57,068 nt of DNA from Candidatus Zixiibacteriota bacterium. GTDB lineage: Bacteria; Zixibacteria; MSB-5A5; UBA10806; 4484-95. Within the stretch, counting starts at the first letter, position 1. Every line of letters begins with the position of its first letter. The stretch covers positions 1-57,068 of the forward strand of contig JAOZPT010000011.1 of NCBI GenBank assembly GCA_029932605.1. The letters run 5' to 3'. Of the stretch, positions 29,349 to 40,615 are shown piece after piece. A program made the position numbers and the translations under genes. The notes beneath the pieces were generated by a model that worked only from the letters and a program-made list of their open reading frames with translations, made no database searches and had not been told where the DNA came from.

Positions 29349-30686
29349 TCAATTTCCGGCTACGATCATCTGTGATATTTTCAATGTGGGAGAGGATACG
29401 GGTCCCATCATTTTCAAATCATTACCCACCATCTCGACGTTTTTCAACATTTCCAGCATATTGGAGGCAATAGTCAATCCCTCAACAGGTCTGGTCAAAT
29501 TTCCGTTTTCGATCCAGATTCCGGAAGCGCCTCTTGAGTAATCTCCGGTGACAATGTTAGCTCCATATCCCATTAAATTAGTTACGTATAAACCATCTTT
29601 AACAGAACCTATAATCTCCTCGGGGGAATAATCACCAGCCTGGAGATAGAAATTAAAACCTCCGATTTCGGGAATCGTAGCGTAACTTCTCTGAGCATTA
29701 GCGGTTGATTTTACACCGGCCTTTTTCGCTGTGTAAGTATCGTAAAGGTATGTTCTCAAGACACCTTCGCTGATGACCTCCTTATTGGTTGTGGGAACTC
29801 CTTCACCATCTATCGGAGCTGAGGCGAGTCCTCTGGTAAGTTTTCCATCATCGTTGATATTTAAACATGGTGAGGCAATTTTCTGGTTGAGTTTATCTAC
29901 AAGGAACGTAGCCCTTTTAAAAATGGCATCTCCATTAATGGCGGAAAGCAGGATTCCTATAAGCGAACTGGCGGTGAGGGGGTCAAACACGACTGGCACA
30001 AGTTTTGTTTTGGGGGTTGTTGCCCCCAGCATCCTGATAACCCTCTCAGCGGCGATAGTGGCCACCGTTTCTGGACTATCCAGCTCATCGAAAAACCTTT
30101 TGAATGAGAACCAGAAACCTGATTGCATTTTTCCACCTTTTTCTGCTACGGGTACACAATACATGTAGCAATAAGAGCTTTTGTAACTATGATGGAAACC
30201 TTTTGAATTTGCTATATGGATCAGAGAATCACCATCCCAGAAACAGGCGCCTTCGGAATTATTGATGTGCTTATCATAGCCAAACATGGTTTTTTCCATT
30301 CTCTTGCATGTTTCTATTTTCCAGGAGGTCTTGATCCGGCTGATTTTTGGATCGAACAGGTCTAATGCGGGAATATCAAAAGATGGTTCAGGAAGGCCGT
30401 TAAATTTATCCCGGGTAGTTTCATCAGATAGTTCGATTGTTTTATCGATAAAATCTTTAAGGTTATTTTCTGAGAAATCGGAGGTATGAGCAAAACCCAA
30501 CTTTTTGTTTTTAAATATTCTTAATCCCAGCCCCTGTGATGTTGCCTCTTTTAATCGTTCGAGGTTTTCGAGCCTTGTACCAACTTCCGATTCCCGCCCC
30601 ATTTCAATATACACCTCGACCTCATCAGCGCCTTTTTTCAGGGCATATTTTATTATGTTGTCGGCCAATGTCTTGTAATCACTCAT
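29349..30686 (-). CDS. pmbA: TldE/PmbA family protein
   Basis: GADEVEVY, GLGLR, DGEG, TGDYSRGASG..IENG, TIASN; no HExxxH. Confidence 0.9.
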   Translation of the reverse strand: MSDYKTLADNIIKYALKKGADEVEVYIEMGRESEVGTRLENLERLKEATSQGLGLRIFKNKKLGFAHTSDFSENNLKDFIDKTIELSDETTRDKFNGLPEPSFDIPALDLFDPKISRIKTSWKIETCKRMEKTMFGYDKHINNSEGACFWDGDSLIHIANSKGFHHSYKSSYCYMYCVPVAEKGGKMQSGFWFSFKRFFDELDSPETVATIAAERVIRMLGATTPKTKLVPVVFDPLTASSLIGILLSAINGDAIFKRATFLVDKLNQKIASPCLNINDDGKLTRGLASAPIDGEGVPTTNKEVISEGVLRTYLYDTYTAKKAGVKSTANAQRSYATIPEIGGFNFYLQAGDYSPEEIIGSVKDGLYVTNLMGYGANIVTGDYSRGASGIWIENGNLTRPVEGLTIASNMLEMLKNVEMVGNDLKMMGPVSSPTLKISQMIVAGN

Positions 30687-30692
30687 GCAGTT

Positions 30693-32192
30693 TTATACCT
30701 TTCCTCCAGTCATCGGCATATTTTTTATAGCGGTACCGCCAACCGTAATCTCTGATATCTTGCAGGTTGGGAGGCCCACTCCTACCGGCACCGATTGGCC
30801 ATCTTTTACACAGGTGCCGATACCGCTGTCAAGCATCAAGTCGTTGCCGACCATAACGACTCTTTCCAATACCTGTGGTCCGGAGCCAATCAGACTTGCA
30901 CCTTTAACAGGTGCGGTTATTTTACCGTTTTCAATTAAATATCCTTCGGTGACTTCAAAGACGAACTGGCCGTTTGAGATATCCACCTGGCCACCACCAA
31001 ACGACTTGGCGTAAAAACCTTTCTTCACAGATCTTATGATTTCCTCAGGAAGGTGTTGGCCCGCAAGCATGAAAGTGTTAGTCATTCTTGGCAGAGGATA
31101 AAATTTAAATGATTCTCTTCGGCCAGAACCGGTAGGTTTGGTTTTCAGTAAACGAGCATTAAGGTAGTCACATAGATAGCCTTCGAGTATGCCTTTTTCA
31201 ATCAAGACATTTCGTGAGGTTTTGTATCCTTCGTTATCGATATTCAATGAACCGCGACAGTTGGGGATTGTGCCATCATCAATTATGGTGCATAGCTCGG
31301 AAGCTACTTTTTGACCGATGCGTCCTGAATATAAAGATGTTTTTTTTCTGTTGAAATCTGCCTCCAGACCATGGCCAACCGCTTCGTGTAAGAGGACACC
31401 AGCCCAGCCGTTTCCCAGCACAACCTCCTGGGGTCCCGCTGGAGCTTCAATGGCATCGAACTTTATCAATGCAGTTCTAACCGCCTCCTTAGTGATATCT
31501 TCAGGAGTAAGTTTATTGTAATAAGAGAAATCAACACGACCTCCGCCACCGTGATAACCTGACTGTCTTTTGTTATCTTTTTCAGCTACCACGCTGACAT
31601 TCATCCGACACAGCGATTCCTGATTGTCAATGAATATACCTTCGGAGTTGGCGATGCGATAGAATTTTATCGAGTCGGCAAAGGAAGTATTAACCTGTTT
31701 GATACGTTCGTCAGCTGAATAACCGGCTTCATTGGCGCGCCATAGTAAAGCTGATTTCTCTTTTATCGCTACCTCCAGAGGATATAATTCGATTGGGGAG
31801 ATATTGATTGATTTTTCTGGTGAAGCATTTAATCTTACCGGAGAACCCGTCGTTGCGTTTTCAGCTATATACGAGGCTGTTTTTGCCGCTTGTTTGAGAT
31901 GGTCATAATCAAGTGAATCGGAATATGTATAACCGGTTTTTTCGCCAGACAAAACTCTTATACCAACCCCACATGTAACGCCCATCTGAGCCTGTTTTAA
32001 TTTGTTTTCCTCAAGAGCAACAGCATTGTTAATAGCGTATTCGAAATAAATTTCAGCGAAATCACTACCTCTTGACATGGCTATGGAGATTAAGTTTTCT
32101 AATGTTGCAGAAGAAAGTATCTTGTCAAATTCATCTATTTTTTTTGTTATAATTTCTGCATAGTGCTGGGGGATCGATCTTTTTTCAACCAT
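30693..32192 (-). CDS. tldD: TldD metalloprotease
   Basis: GVGIRV, LLHEAVGHGLEADF, PRMTNT, GGGQVD, TC.KDGQSVPVG. Confidence 0.93.
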   Translation of the reverse strand: MVEKRSIPQHYAEIITKKIDEFDKILSSATLENLISIAMSRGSDFAEIYFEYAINNAVALEENKLKQAQMGVTCGVGIRVLSGEKTGYTYSDSLDYDHLKQAAKTASYIAENATTGSPVRLNASPEKSINISPIELYPLEVAIKEKSALLWRANEAGYSADERIKQVNTSFADSIKFYRIANSEGIFIDNQESLCRMNVSVVAEKDNKRQSGYHGGGGRVDFSYYNKLTPEDITKEAVRTALIKFDAIEAPAGPQEVVLGNGWAGVLLHEAVGHGLEADFNRKKTSLYSGRIGQKVASELCTIIDDGTIPNCRGSLNIDNEGYKTSRNVLIEKGILEGYLCDYLNARLLKTKPTGSGRRESFKFYPLPRMTNTFMLAGQHLPEEIIRSVKKGFYAKSFGGGQVDISNGQFVFEVTEGYLIENGKITAPVKGASLIGSGPQVLERVVMVGNDLMLDSGIGTCVKDGQSVPVGVGLPTCKISEITVGGTAIKNMPMTGGKV

Positions 32193-32391
32193 TTCGAGTT
32201 TCCTTATGTATTAAGAACTGGTTTTTCAAATAATTGGGTCACTTTTTACTATTTATTTGTGTTTGTTTCATCTGTCAACATATATTACAAAAATTAATTT
32301 AATATAATAAAAAATTCAATGGTAGAAATGTAAAATTTGTTTTTTGTTTGTAAAGTATTTTGTCTAACTGGACGATTAACATAAAAAAATT

Positions 32392-33705
32392 ATGAACAAA
32401 AATGAGGTTTTTAACAAGTTAGGGAAGGTCAAGGAGCTTTCCACATCGCCAACGATTTTAAAAGAAGTACTTGACCTTGTTAATTCTCCAGATACTTCAG
32501 CTAAAGACTTATCAGAATTGGTCCTTAAAGATCCCGGTTTGACGACACGGTTGTTAAAAATTGCCAATTCCTCTTATTATGGTTTTCGTCATGAGATTAG
32601 CAGTGTCCAGCAGGCTATTGTTATGATGGGACTAAGTGCGGTTAAGTATTTTATTTTATCACTTACGGTATTAAATCAGTTGTATACACAAAAGGGAAAA
32701 AGCAGGCTCAATCAAAAACAGTTATGGTTACATTTTCTTGAGGTTGCCTCGGCCACAAAACGAGTGGCTCTGCAAACTGGCTATAAGTATGCTGATGAGG
32801 CTTATATTGCCGGTCTGCTTCATGATATAGGTATTGTTCTGCTTGAGAATAATTTCCCCGATGAATATCAGGATGTTTTAAAATTGGTCTCTAAGGGTAA
32901 TACTATTATTGAGGCAGAATTGGAGATTTTTGGTGTTGACCATCAGGAGGTTGCGGGCAATATAATCAGCCACTGGAATATACCATCAATACTTCACGAC
33001 CCCATAAGTAAGCACCACTTAAATGATGGTGAAGATGTCAATAATCTTTCAAAGATTGGCAAGATGGTTGCATTTGTTGACAGTATGGCCATGGTTCCTT
33101 TTGATGAACTGAAAAATATTGAAAATGCTCAAAAACGTCTCGACACTTTAAATATTTTATCTGATGAATTAAATATTGAAGCTTCTAAACTTGTAGAGAT
33201 ACATAATAACCTTGCCGACGAGATAGTTTCATCGGCGGCCTTTATGGAGTTGGATTTGGGTGATGCGGTAGATATCCTTTCAAAGAGTAATTCGGAGCTG
33301 TTTAATCTTTATCTGGATACAGCTAACCTGTTTAAGGAGAGACAGGAGCTTTCTCGCAGGATATTGCGAGCAGAAAGGATGGAGGGAACCCTGGAATCTC
33401 TAAAAATCGCTATAGCCACGCTTTCCCACTATATAAATAACGCAACGATGAACATACAGGGCAAATGCGAAATCCTTCATTTATTTTTAAATAAAAAAGA
33501 TATTAAAACCCTTGTGAGTAATCTACCATCATCTTTAGAATCGATAGGAAAATCGATTAAAAAGATCTCTCTTGTTCTAGATGAGCTTTCAAATATTTCC
33601 TCAATGGAAAAAATAAACTTCTTTCACTTTTCTAAAGCTATTGATATTGAAAAGAGCATTAAAGATAAGTTGAATTCCCAGCTTGAGGAAGTAGGAGTTG
33701 AATAG
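32392..33705 (+). CDS. HDOD-domain signalling protein with a C-terminal HisKA-like helix
   Basis: DPGLTTRLLKIANS, AIVMMG, AGLLHDIG, GVDHQEV, HWNIP; tail ATLSHYINN. Confidence 0.85.
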   Translation: MNKNEVFNKLGKVKELSTSPTILKEVLDLVNSPDTSAKDLSELVLKDPGLTTRLLKIANSSYYGFRHEISSVQQAIVMMGLSAVKYFILSLTVLNQLYTQKGKSRLNQKQLWLHFLEVASATKRVALQTGYKYADEAYIAGLLHDIGIVLLENNFPDEYQDVLKLVSKGNTIIEAELEIFGVDHQEVAGNIISHWNIPSILHDPISKHHLNDGEDVNNLSKIGKMVAFVDSMAMVPFDELKNIENAQKRLDTLNILSDELNIEASKLVEIHNNLADEIVSSAAFMELDLGDAVDILSKSNSELFNLYLDTANLFKERQELSRRILRAERMEGTLESLKIAIATLSHYINNATMNIQGKCEILHLFLNKKDIKTLVSNLPSSLESIGKSIKKISLVLDELSNISSMEKINFFHFSKAIDIEKSIKDKLNSQLEEVGVE

Positions 33706-33914
33706 CAGAGACTACTATTGTATAAAAAATAATAGAGTTTCATAATCAATAAATAAATATTTGATAACCCGTTTTTACATATTAAAATTCAATCCTAACA
33801 TTAATCGGCTATATGAAAAAGATATCAAGGCAGATAAAGAGGTGTATCTCTATCGGGAAATATCCAAAGGTCAAACAGTGATAGTTGAATTTGTTTAACT
33901 ATGCCATTAAAAAT

Positions 33915-33939
33915 GCCGGGCCACTTATAGTAACCCGGC
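33915..33939. terminator. Hairpin between convergent genes
   Basis: GCCGGG...CCCGGC with an upstream A-run (U-tract on the minus strand). Confidence 0.4.
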
Positions 33940-33984
33940 GGTCGTCGTCAAATTTCATATTTTGTTTAACGAACAGGTAACCCC

Positions 33985-34833
33985 TTATTTTTTTGTTTCT
34001 TCGCCGACAGTGCCCTTTATTGGGATAGTGATTCTCGAGCCAGGTTTACCTTCGGCTTCAAGAGTTAACGAGGAGGCAATGGTTCCAGCGGGGACTTTTT
34101 TAGAGAGAGTGAATTCGATTTTAGTTGAGTCTCCCGGTTTCAATTTGGTTTTTTTAATCTTGGTTTTTATTAAATCTGATGCTGGGTTTTCCACGACAAC
34201 AAGTTTGGCTTCAGTTGAATCTGTATTGGTGAGATTGATTGTAGCCTTCTTTTTTTTGCCTACGGGTACTGTACCGAAATCAACCATCAAAGGAGTAGTT
34301 TCCAGCTTTTGCCTTGGGTCGTTGACGATTGCTCTGAAACGAAGCTCTATGAAAGGGTTTAGAGAATCATTACAATTGACTTTCAAACTTTTACTTACTC
34401 TGCCGTTGTATCTACCTGAGTTAAAAATGGCATCTATGTAAGATTTTTCTCCTGGTGGAATAACTATTCCACTTTTTCTCGAAGATGTGCAACCTCACGT
34501 CGGTTTTACGCGGCTGATAATCAGGGTATCACTACCTGTGTTTTTAAACCAAAAATTATGAATGACTTTTGCGCCCTTGGGGATTGAACCGAAATTGAAG
34601 GTGGTGTTGTCGAACGTAAGCCTGGCATTGGTTAGTTTAATTTCGGGGACTTTGGAACGAGGTTTTCGAGGTTTTCTTTGTTGTTTTTTGGTTGGAGCGG
34701 TTTTTTTAACCTTGTTGGTTGTAGTATCCTGTTGCTCGATAGCTGTTTTTGTTCCTTGGGTTTGGCAAAATGCTAATGGTGATGATAACAGGCTGAGCGA
34801 CAGGATGATAATTATAAATTTCCAGGTTCGCAT
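33985..34833 (-). CDS. Secreted DUF1573 / Ig-like protein, 282 aa with in-frame TGA (codon 113) read as selenocysteine (candidate selenoprotein)
   Basis: ORFs 34495-34833 and 33985-34386 form one frame: FNFGSI...FKNTGSDTLIISRVKPT-TGA-GCTSS...IPPGEKS...KSLKVNCND; the TGA sits at Cys1 of the DUF1573 CGCT motif. Confidence 0.75.
34455..34472 (-). promoter_or_regulatory. Bacterial SECIS-like hairpin
   Basis: mRNA GUGGAAU-AGUU-AUUCCAC at +23..+40 after the UGA; loop G followed by U. Confidence 0.6.
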
Positions 34834-34909
34834 AAAATCAACTCCTTTTTTTTAAAAATAAATGCATCGTGTTTAAAGTCAAGTCATTTTTATAAAGAAT
34901 CATTGTCTG

Positions 34910-35914
34910 TTAAATATAGCCTTTATCTTCCATCCACTTATCTGAGTACAGCTTGGAAAGATATCTGTTACCGGAATCGGCAAATATTATTACTACGTTA
35001 CCGGTGATTTTATATTTTTCGACAGCTTGGATTGCACCTGCCAGAACGGCTCCGCTTGAACCACCACAGAATATACCCTCTAATTGAGCAATCTTGCGGG
35101 TTGTCAAAAATGACTCCTTATCGCTTATGGCAATCATGTCATCAATGGCAGAGAAGTCCATTGCTTTTATCAGCTTATCACTTCCTATTCCCTCGACCTC
35201 ATAATGTTTTGCTTTTATTATCTCACCTGTCCTGAAATAATGAGACAACATTGACCCTTGGGAATCAATAGCTATGATTTTAATTGATGGTTTTTTTTGT
35301 TTTAAGTAACGCCCTATGCCTGATATCGTTCCGCCGGTGCCGGCACCAGCCACAACGCACTCGATATCTCCACCTGTTTGTTCCCAGATCTCCGGGCCGG
35401 TTGTACGGTAATGGCAATCTATGTTGGCGGGATTATCATATTGATTAAGATAGATGCTGTTGGGTGTCTTTTTAACCAGCATTTCGGCAACGCTATAATT
35501 GGAACGGGGATCATCGGGCTGGACCGTATGAGGTGTAAGGACGAGTTCGGCGCCATAAAGTTTCATCATGTTCTGTTTTTCCTGGGAGTTTTTATCGCTC
35601 ATCACCAGCAAAGCGTGGTAGCCTTTAATAGCGCAAACCATTGCTACGGCGATACCTGTGTTGCCCGAGGTGACCTCGATAACTGTCCCACCGGGTTTAA
35701 GCTGGCCTGATTGTTCTGCATTTTCTATTAAAGCATTGGCAAGGCGGTCTTTTAGCGAACCAGCCGGATTATACATCTCAAGCTTGGCGAATATCTTTGC
35801 CGGAATACCGGAGGTAATTTTTTTTAGCGGGACTATTGGAGTATTACCTATGAGCTTTGAAATATTTGGGATTCCCTTAAGGTCTTGTTTTTTTAAAGTT
35901 TTTTTTTCTCGCAT
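34910..35914 (-). CDS. Cysteine synthase / cystathionine beta-synthase family PLP enzyme
   Basis: IGNTP, NPAGSLKDR, TSGNTG, NQYDNP, GAGTGGT, VEGIG, DSGNRYLSK. Confidence 0.9.
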   Translation of the reverse strand: MREKKTLKKQDLKGIPNISKLIGNTPIVPLKKITSGIPAKIFAKLEMYNPAGSLKDRLANALIENAEQSGQLKPGGTVIEVTSGNTGIAVAMVCAIKGYHALLVMSDKNSQEKQNMMKLYGAELVLTPHTVQPDDPRSNYSVAEMLVKKTPNSIYLNQYDNPANIDCHYRTTGPEIWEQTGGDIECVVAGAGTGGTISGIGRYLKQKKPSIKIIAIDSQGSMLSHYFRTGEIIKAKHYEVEGIGSDKLIKAMDFSAIDDMIAISDKESFLTTRKIAQLEGIFCGGSSGAVLAGAIQAVEKYKITGNVVIIFADSGNRYLSKLYSDKWMEDKGYI

Positions 35915-36040
35915 TTATTCATAATACATTAAAAAAAGGGTTGAGTTCCACTGTTTTTATAAAAAAATACAGTCTAAAATAATCATTGCCGGTAAACTTA
36001 ATCTATGATAAAATTCATTAATGGTGGAATATGCTATTAA

Positions 36041-37351
<1,311 letters not shown>

Positions 37352-37352
37352 G

Positions 37353-37706
37353 GTGGCCAAAAAAAGAAAAATTTCAACAGGTTTTTCGGGTAAGATTAAT
37401 AAAAGGACTTTTTCAAAAAGGGTGAGGGTGTTTTTAATTCTAACAGCATTGGTATTTCTTGTTGTATTATTTTGCAGTGGTGATTATGGCCTTTTGAAAA
37501 TATACCGTTTGTATTCAAAGATTAATGAAACCAAAAAAGAAATAACCCTTCTGAAAGTGCAGGCTGTCGATTTAGAGTGGAAAATAAACAAACTTAAAAA
37601 CGATTCATCTTATATCAAGCTTTATGCCTCTGAATATTATGGTTATGCTAAATCCGGCCAGACCATAATCCAATTTCTACCCGCCCCTGTGGATAGCCTC
37701 GAGTAA
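37353..37706 (+). CDS. Septum formation initiator FtsB/DivIC family
   Basis: Basic N-terminus, TM helix, coiled coil, YIKLYASEYYG; typical position after eno. Confidence 0.75.
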   Translation: MAKKRKISTGFSGKINKRTFSKRVRVFLILTALVFLVVLFCSGDYGLLKIYRLYSKINETKKEITLLKVQAVDLEWKINKLKNDSSYIKLYASEYYGYAKSGQTIIQFLPAPVDSLE

Positions 37707-38473
37707 TGTCAAAAGTACAGTTCAACGGATATGTTATCCGGGGGATTTCAACCGGTGAAACATCTAGGATTGTGACGTTATTTACGCTGGAGTATGGTAA
37801 AATCAGGTGTATGGCCAAAGGTGTGAAAAAATCAGCCACGAAAGAAGGCGGAGCACTCGAACTTTTTTCCTTTCTAAAAGGTACTATTTATAAAAAAGAA
37901 AATGTTGAACTTGGAACTATCAGCTCTTTTGATATAATCGATAGCCACTCTGAAATCACGGTTGAACCGTTTAAATATGGTTACTGTTCGGCTTTATGCG
38001 AGATAATTGATAAAAGTTTAAATATCGACCAACCTCAACCAGAGATTTTTGATACGATAGGAAGTTATTTTAAATATATACATAAAGCTGATAGACAATA
38101 TGCCCCGCCTTTATTCTGGTCTGCTTTTATCAAGGTCATACGACTTCTGGGTTATGAGCCGGAGTTATATGAATGTGTTATCTGCGGTAAAAAAAATCCT
38201 GGACGGGCAGCATTTTACAGCCCTGAGAAAGGTGGTATCATCTGTTCAAAAGATGTATCTGCTGATGAACACTATGGCAAAATATCAGCTAAAGGTTTGC
38301 GCACACTGCAATATTTTTTGGCAAAACCTTTTTCAGATTTAGTAGATGTGAAATATTCTAATTCGATTTTAAAAGAGGTCGCTCATTTCGTTTTCACCTT
38401 TGCCGAATACCATATAGGGTTGCGTAGAGACCTCAAATCGTTTAAATTCCTCTCTCAATTGAAACGGATATAA
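37706..38473 (+). CDS. recO: DNA repair protein RecO
   Basis: [29 protein letters not shown]...GGIIC zinc finger. Confidence 0.9.
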   Translation: MSKVQFNGYVIRGISTGETSRIVTLFTLEYGKIRCMAKGVKKSATKEGGALELFSFLKGTIYKKENVELGTISSFDIIDSHSEITVEPFKYGYCSALCEIIDKSLNIDQPQPEIFDTIGSYFKYIHKADRQYAPPLFWSAFIKVIRLLGYEPELYECVICGKKNPGRAAFYSPEKGGIICSKDVSADEHYGKISAKGLRTLQYFLAKPFSDLVDVKYSNSILKEVAHFVFTFAEYHIGLRRDLKSFKFLSQLKRI

Positions 38474-38486
38474 AAGCGGAGGTGAT

Positions 38487-39803
38487 GTGGCTAAAAAAAA
38501 TAAACCAACTGATCCTTTGATGGATAAGTTGGTATCTCTTTGTAAAAGGCGCGGTTTTGTTTTTCAGTCATCAGAGATATATGGCGGACTGGGCTCATGC
38601 TGGGATTATGGACCTTTAGGAGTTGAGCTTAAAAACAACGTCAAACGTTTCTGGTGGGAGGCAATGACTCATCGGCGGGATGATATCGAGGGGGTTGATG
38701 CCGCTATACTGATGGCGCCACAGGTGTGGAAAGCCTCTGGCCATGTCGATGGTTTCACCGACCCACTTGTGGATTGCAAAAAATGTAAACGTCGTTTCAA
38801 GGGTGACCAGGTTGAGGGTAACAAATGCCCCGACTGTGGCGGTGAGCTTACCCAGCCCCGCAACTTCAACCTGATGTTTAAAACATTCATGGGGCCGGTC
38901 GAGGAGGACTCATCGATAGTGTATCTTCGTCCGGAGACGGCTCAGGGGGTTTATGTTAATTTCCTCAATGTTATGGGGCCATCTCGCCAGAAAATTCCAT
39001 TCGGCATCGCTCAAATTGGCAAAGCCTTCAGAAACGAGATAACTCCCGGCAACTTCATTTTCCGGACACGTGAATTTGAGCAGATGGAGATGCAGTATTT
39101 TGTGCACCCTTCAGAGGATGAAAAATGGTTTGAATATTGGAAAGAACAACGCTGGCAGTGGTATCTCGACCTTGGCATTAACAAGAACAAACTTCGTTGG
39201 CACCAGCATGGTCCTGATGAGCTTGCTCATTACGCCAAAGTAGCGTTTGATATCGAGTACGAATTCTCATTTGGCTGGAAAGAGATCGAGGGTATCCACA
39301 ACCGTACAGATTTTGATTTGAAACGGCATAAAGAAGCCTCCGGCAGGGACCTTTCATATTATAATGACCAGACCAAAGAGCGTTATATCCCCTATATCAT
39401 CGAGACCGCAGTTGGTGTCGATCGGACTGTGCTTGCCTGCCTTGCCGATGCCTACCGCGAGGAGGAGGTAAGAGGCGAAAAACGGGTTGTGCTTTCGTTT
39501 TCACCGAAAATAGCGCCAATAAAAGCGGCGGTTTTTCCGCTGGTTAACAGAGAAGGCATGCCCAAGGTCGCCGAGAAGATATACCATGACTTGAAAAAAC
39601 ATTTTAAGGTGTTTTATGATGATGGTGGCGCAGTTGGACGGCGGTATCGGCGTATGGATGAGGCCGGCACGCCCTATTGCATCACTGTCGATGGCCAGAC
39701 ACTCAAGGATGATACGGTTACCCTTCGCGAGCGCGACAGCATGGAACAGACAAGACATAAAATAGCCGAGCTGGTGGATATTATAGGGGAGCGGTTGAAA
39801 TAA
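38487..39803 (+). CDS. glyQS: Glycine--tRNA ligase, homodimeric type
   Basis: [42 protein letters not shown]. Confidence 0.96.
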   Translation: MAKKNKPTDPLMDKLVSLCKRRGFVFQSSEIYGGLGSCWDYGPLGVELKNNVKRFWWEAMTHRRDDIEGVDAAILMAPQVWKASGHVDGFTDPLVDCKKCKRRFKGDQVEGNKCPDCGGELTQPRNFNLMFKTFMGPVEEDSSIVYLRPETAQGVYVNFLNVMGPSRQKIPFGIAQIGKAFRNEITPGNFIFRTREFEQMEMQYFVHPSEDEKWFEYWKEQRWQWYLDLGINKNKLRWHQHGPDELAHYAKVAFDIEYEFSFGWKEIEGIHNRTDFDLKRHKEASGRDLSYYNDQTKERYIPYIIETAVGVDRTVLACLADAYREEEVRGEKRVVLSFSPKIAPIKAAVFPLVNREGMPKVAEKIYHDLKKHFKVFYDDGGAVGRRYRRMDEAGTPYCITVDGQTLKDDTVTLRERDSMEQTRHKIAELVDIIGERLK

Positions 39804-39807
39804 AATG

Positions 39808-39841
39808 CAGGTTACGTACTATGGACTAGGGCTTGACGGAA
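39808..39841 (+). repeat. Degenerate copy of the RAYT-flanking palindrome
   Basis: 29/34 identical to 40493-40526. Confidence 0.7.
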
Positions 39842-39951
39842 AGGAAGTTGAAGAAAATAAAAAAGTTGTTGAATTTTTGTAAAATAGTAGTAATTATTAA
39901 TGGTAAGTAAGGTGATTTGGAAGCATTTAGGATTTAAAAAAGATATTTTAT

Positions 39952-39988
39952 GTTCAGTCAGGTCGTAGGTGAAACCGTGACCTGACTG
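39952..39988 (+). repeat. Left REP-like hairpin of the RAYT element
   Basis: CAGTCAGGTC...GACCTGACTG 10-bp stem with inner GGT-GAA-ACC hairpin. Confidence 0.8.
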
Positions 39989-39996
39989 CTACGTAT

Positions 39997-40476
39997 ATGG
40001 GATTAAGATTAAAAAATCAGGAATATGGGAATTGTTTTTTTGTAACCACTTCTTTTAAAAATCGCCGTCCTTTAGGTAATATAAAAGGCGTTTATGAAGC
40101 TTTAGCCGAAGCGCTTAACTATAGGGTTTTGAAGACAAAATCAAAATTAATAGCCTATGTATTTATGCCTTCTCATATACATTTGTTGTTGATTATAGAT
40201 GGCAAAACACTTTCGAATTTTATGCGAGATTTCAAGAAATATACCGCTCAGAAAAGCCTTTCGGGATTGTGTGGTACAAGAAGTGTCTGGCAATCAAGGT
40301 ATGATAGACAGGCCATCTGGAATTATGATTTATTAGAAACAAAACTTGAATATATTCACAATAACCCTGTCAAAGCTGGGCTTGTGAATATGCCGGATAA
40401 ATGGTATTATTCCAGTGCTGGTGATTATATTGGCCGAACCGATAACCCAATTATGGTTTGGAAGGATTGGTATTGA
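39997..40476 (+). mobile_element. REP-associated tyrosine transposase (RAYT, HUH Y1 family)
   Basis: FFVTT, YVFMPSHIHLL (HUH), FKKYTA, WQ, YIHNNPVKAGLV...WYYSSA; flanked by inverted palindromes. Confidence 0.9.
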
Positions 40477-40488
40477 TTATTAAATGAA

Positions 40489-40527
40489 CCGTCAGGTCAC
40501 GTCCTATGGACTACGACCTGACGGAAC
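40489..40527 (-). repeat. Right REP-like hairpin of the RAYT element, inverted relative to the left one
   Basis: CCGTCAGGTC...GACCTGACGG 10-bp stem with inner GTCC-TAT-GGAC; revcomp matches the left copy. Confidence 0.8.
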
Positions 40528-40573
40528 GAGAAAAAAATAATCAAGTCCACGGGGGACTTGACCTGCCGAAAGA

Positions 40574-40597
40574 GGGCGAATATCAATTCGCCCCTAC
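40574..40597 (-). repeat. GTAG-family REP
   Basis: Minus strand GTAG-GGGCGAAT-TGAT-ATTCGCCC. Confidence 0.7.
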
Positions 40598-40615
40598 TAA
40601 ATATTATATAATGGA

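Noticed and set aside
39808..40597. CRISPR array interpretation of the repeated palindromes
   Set aside because: Copies are inverted, irregularly spaced and flank a RAYT; no cas genes
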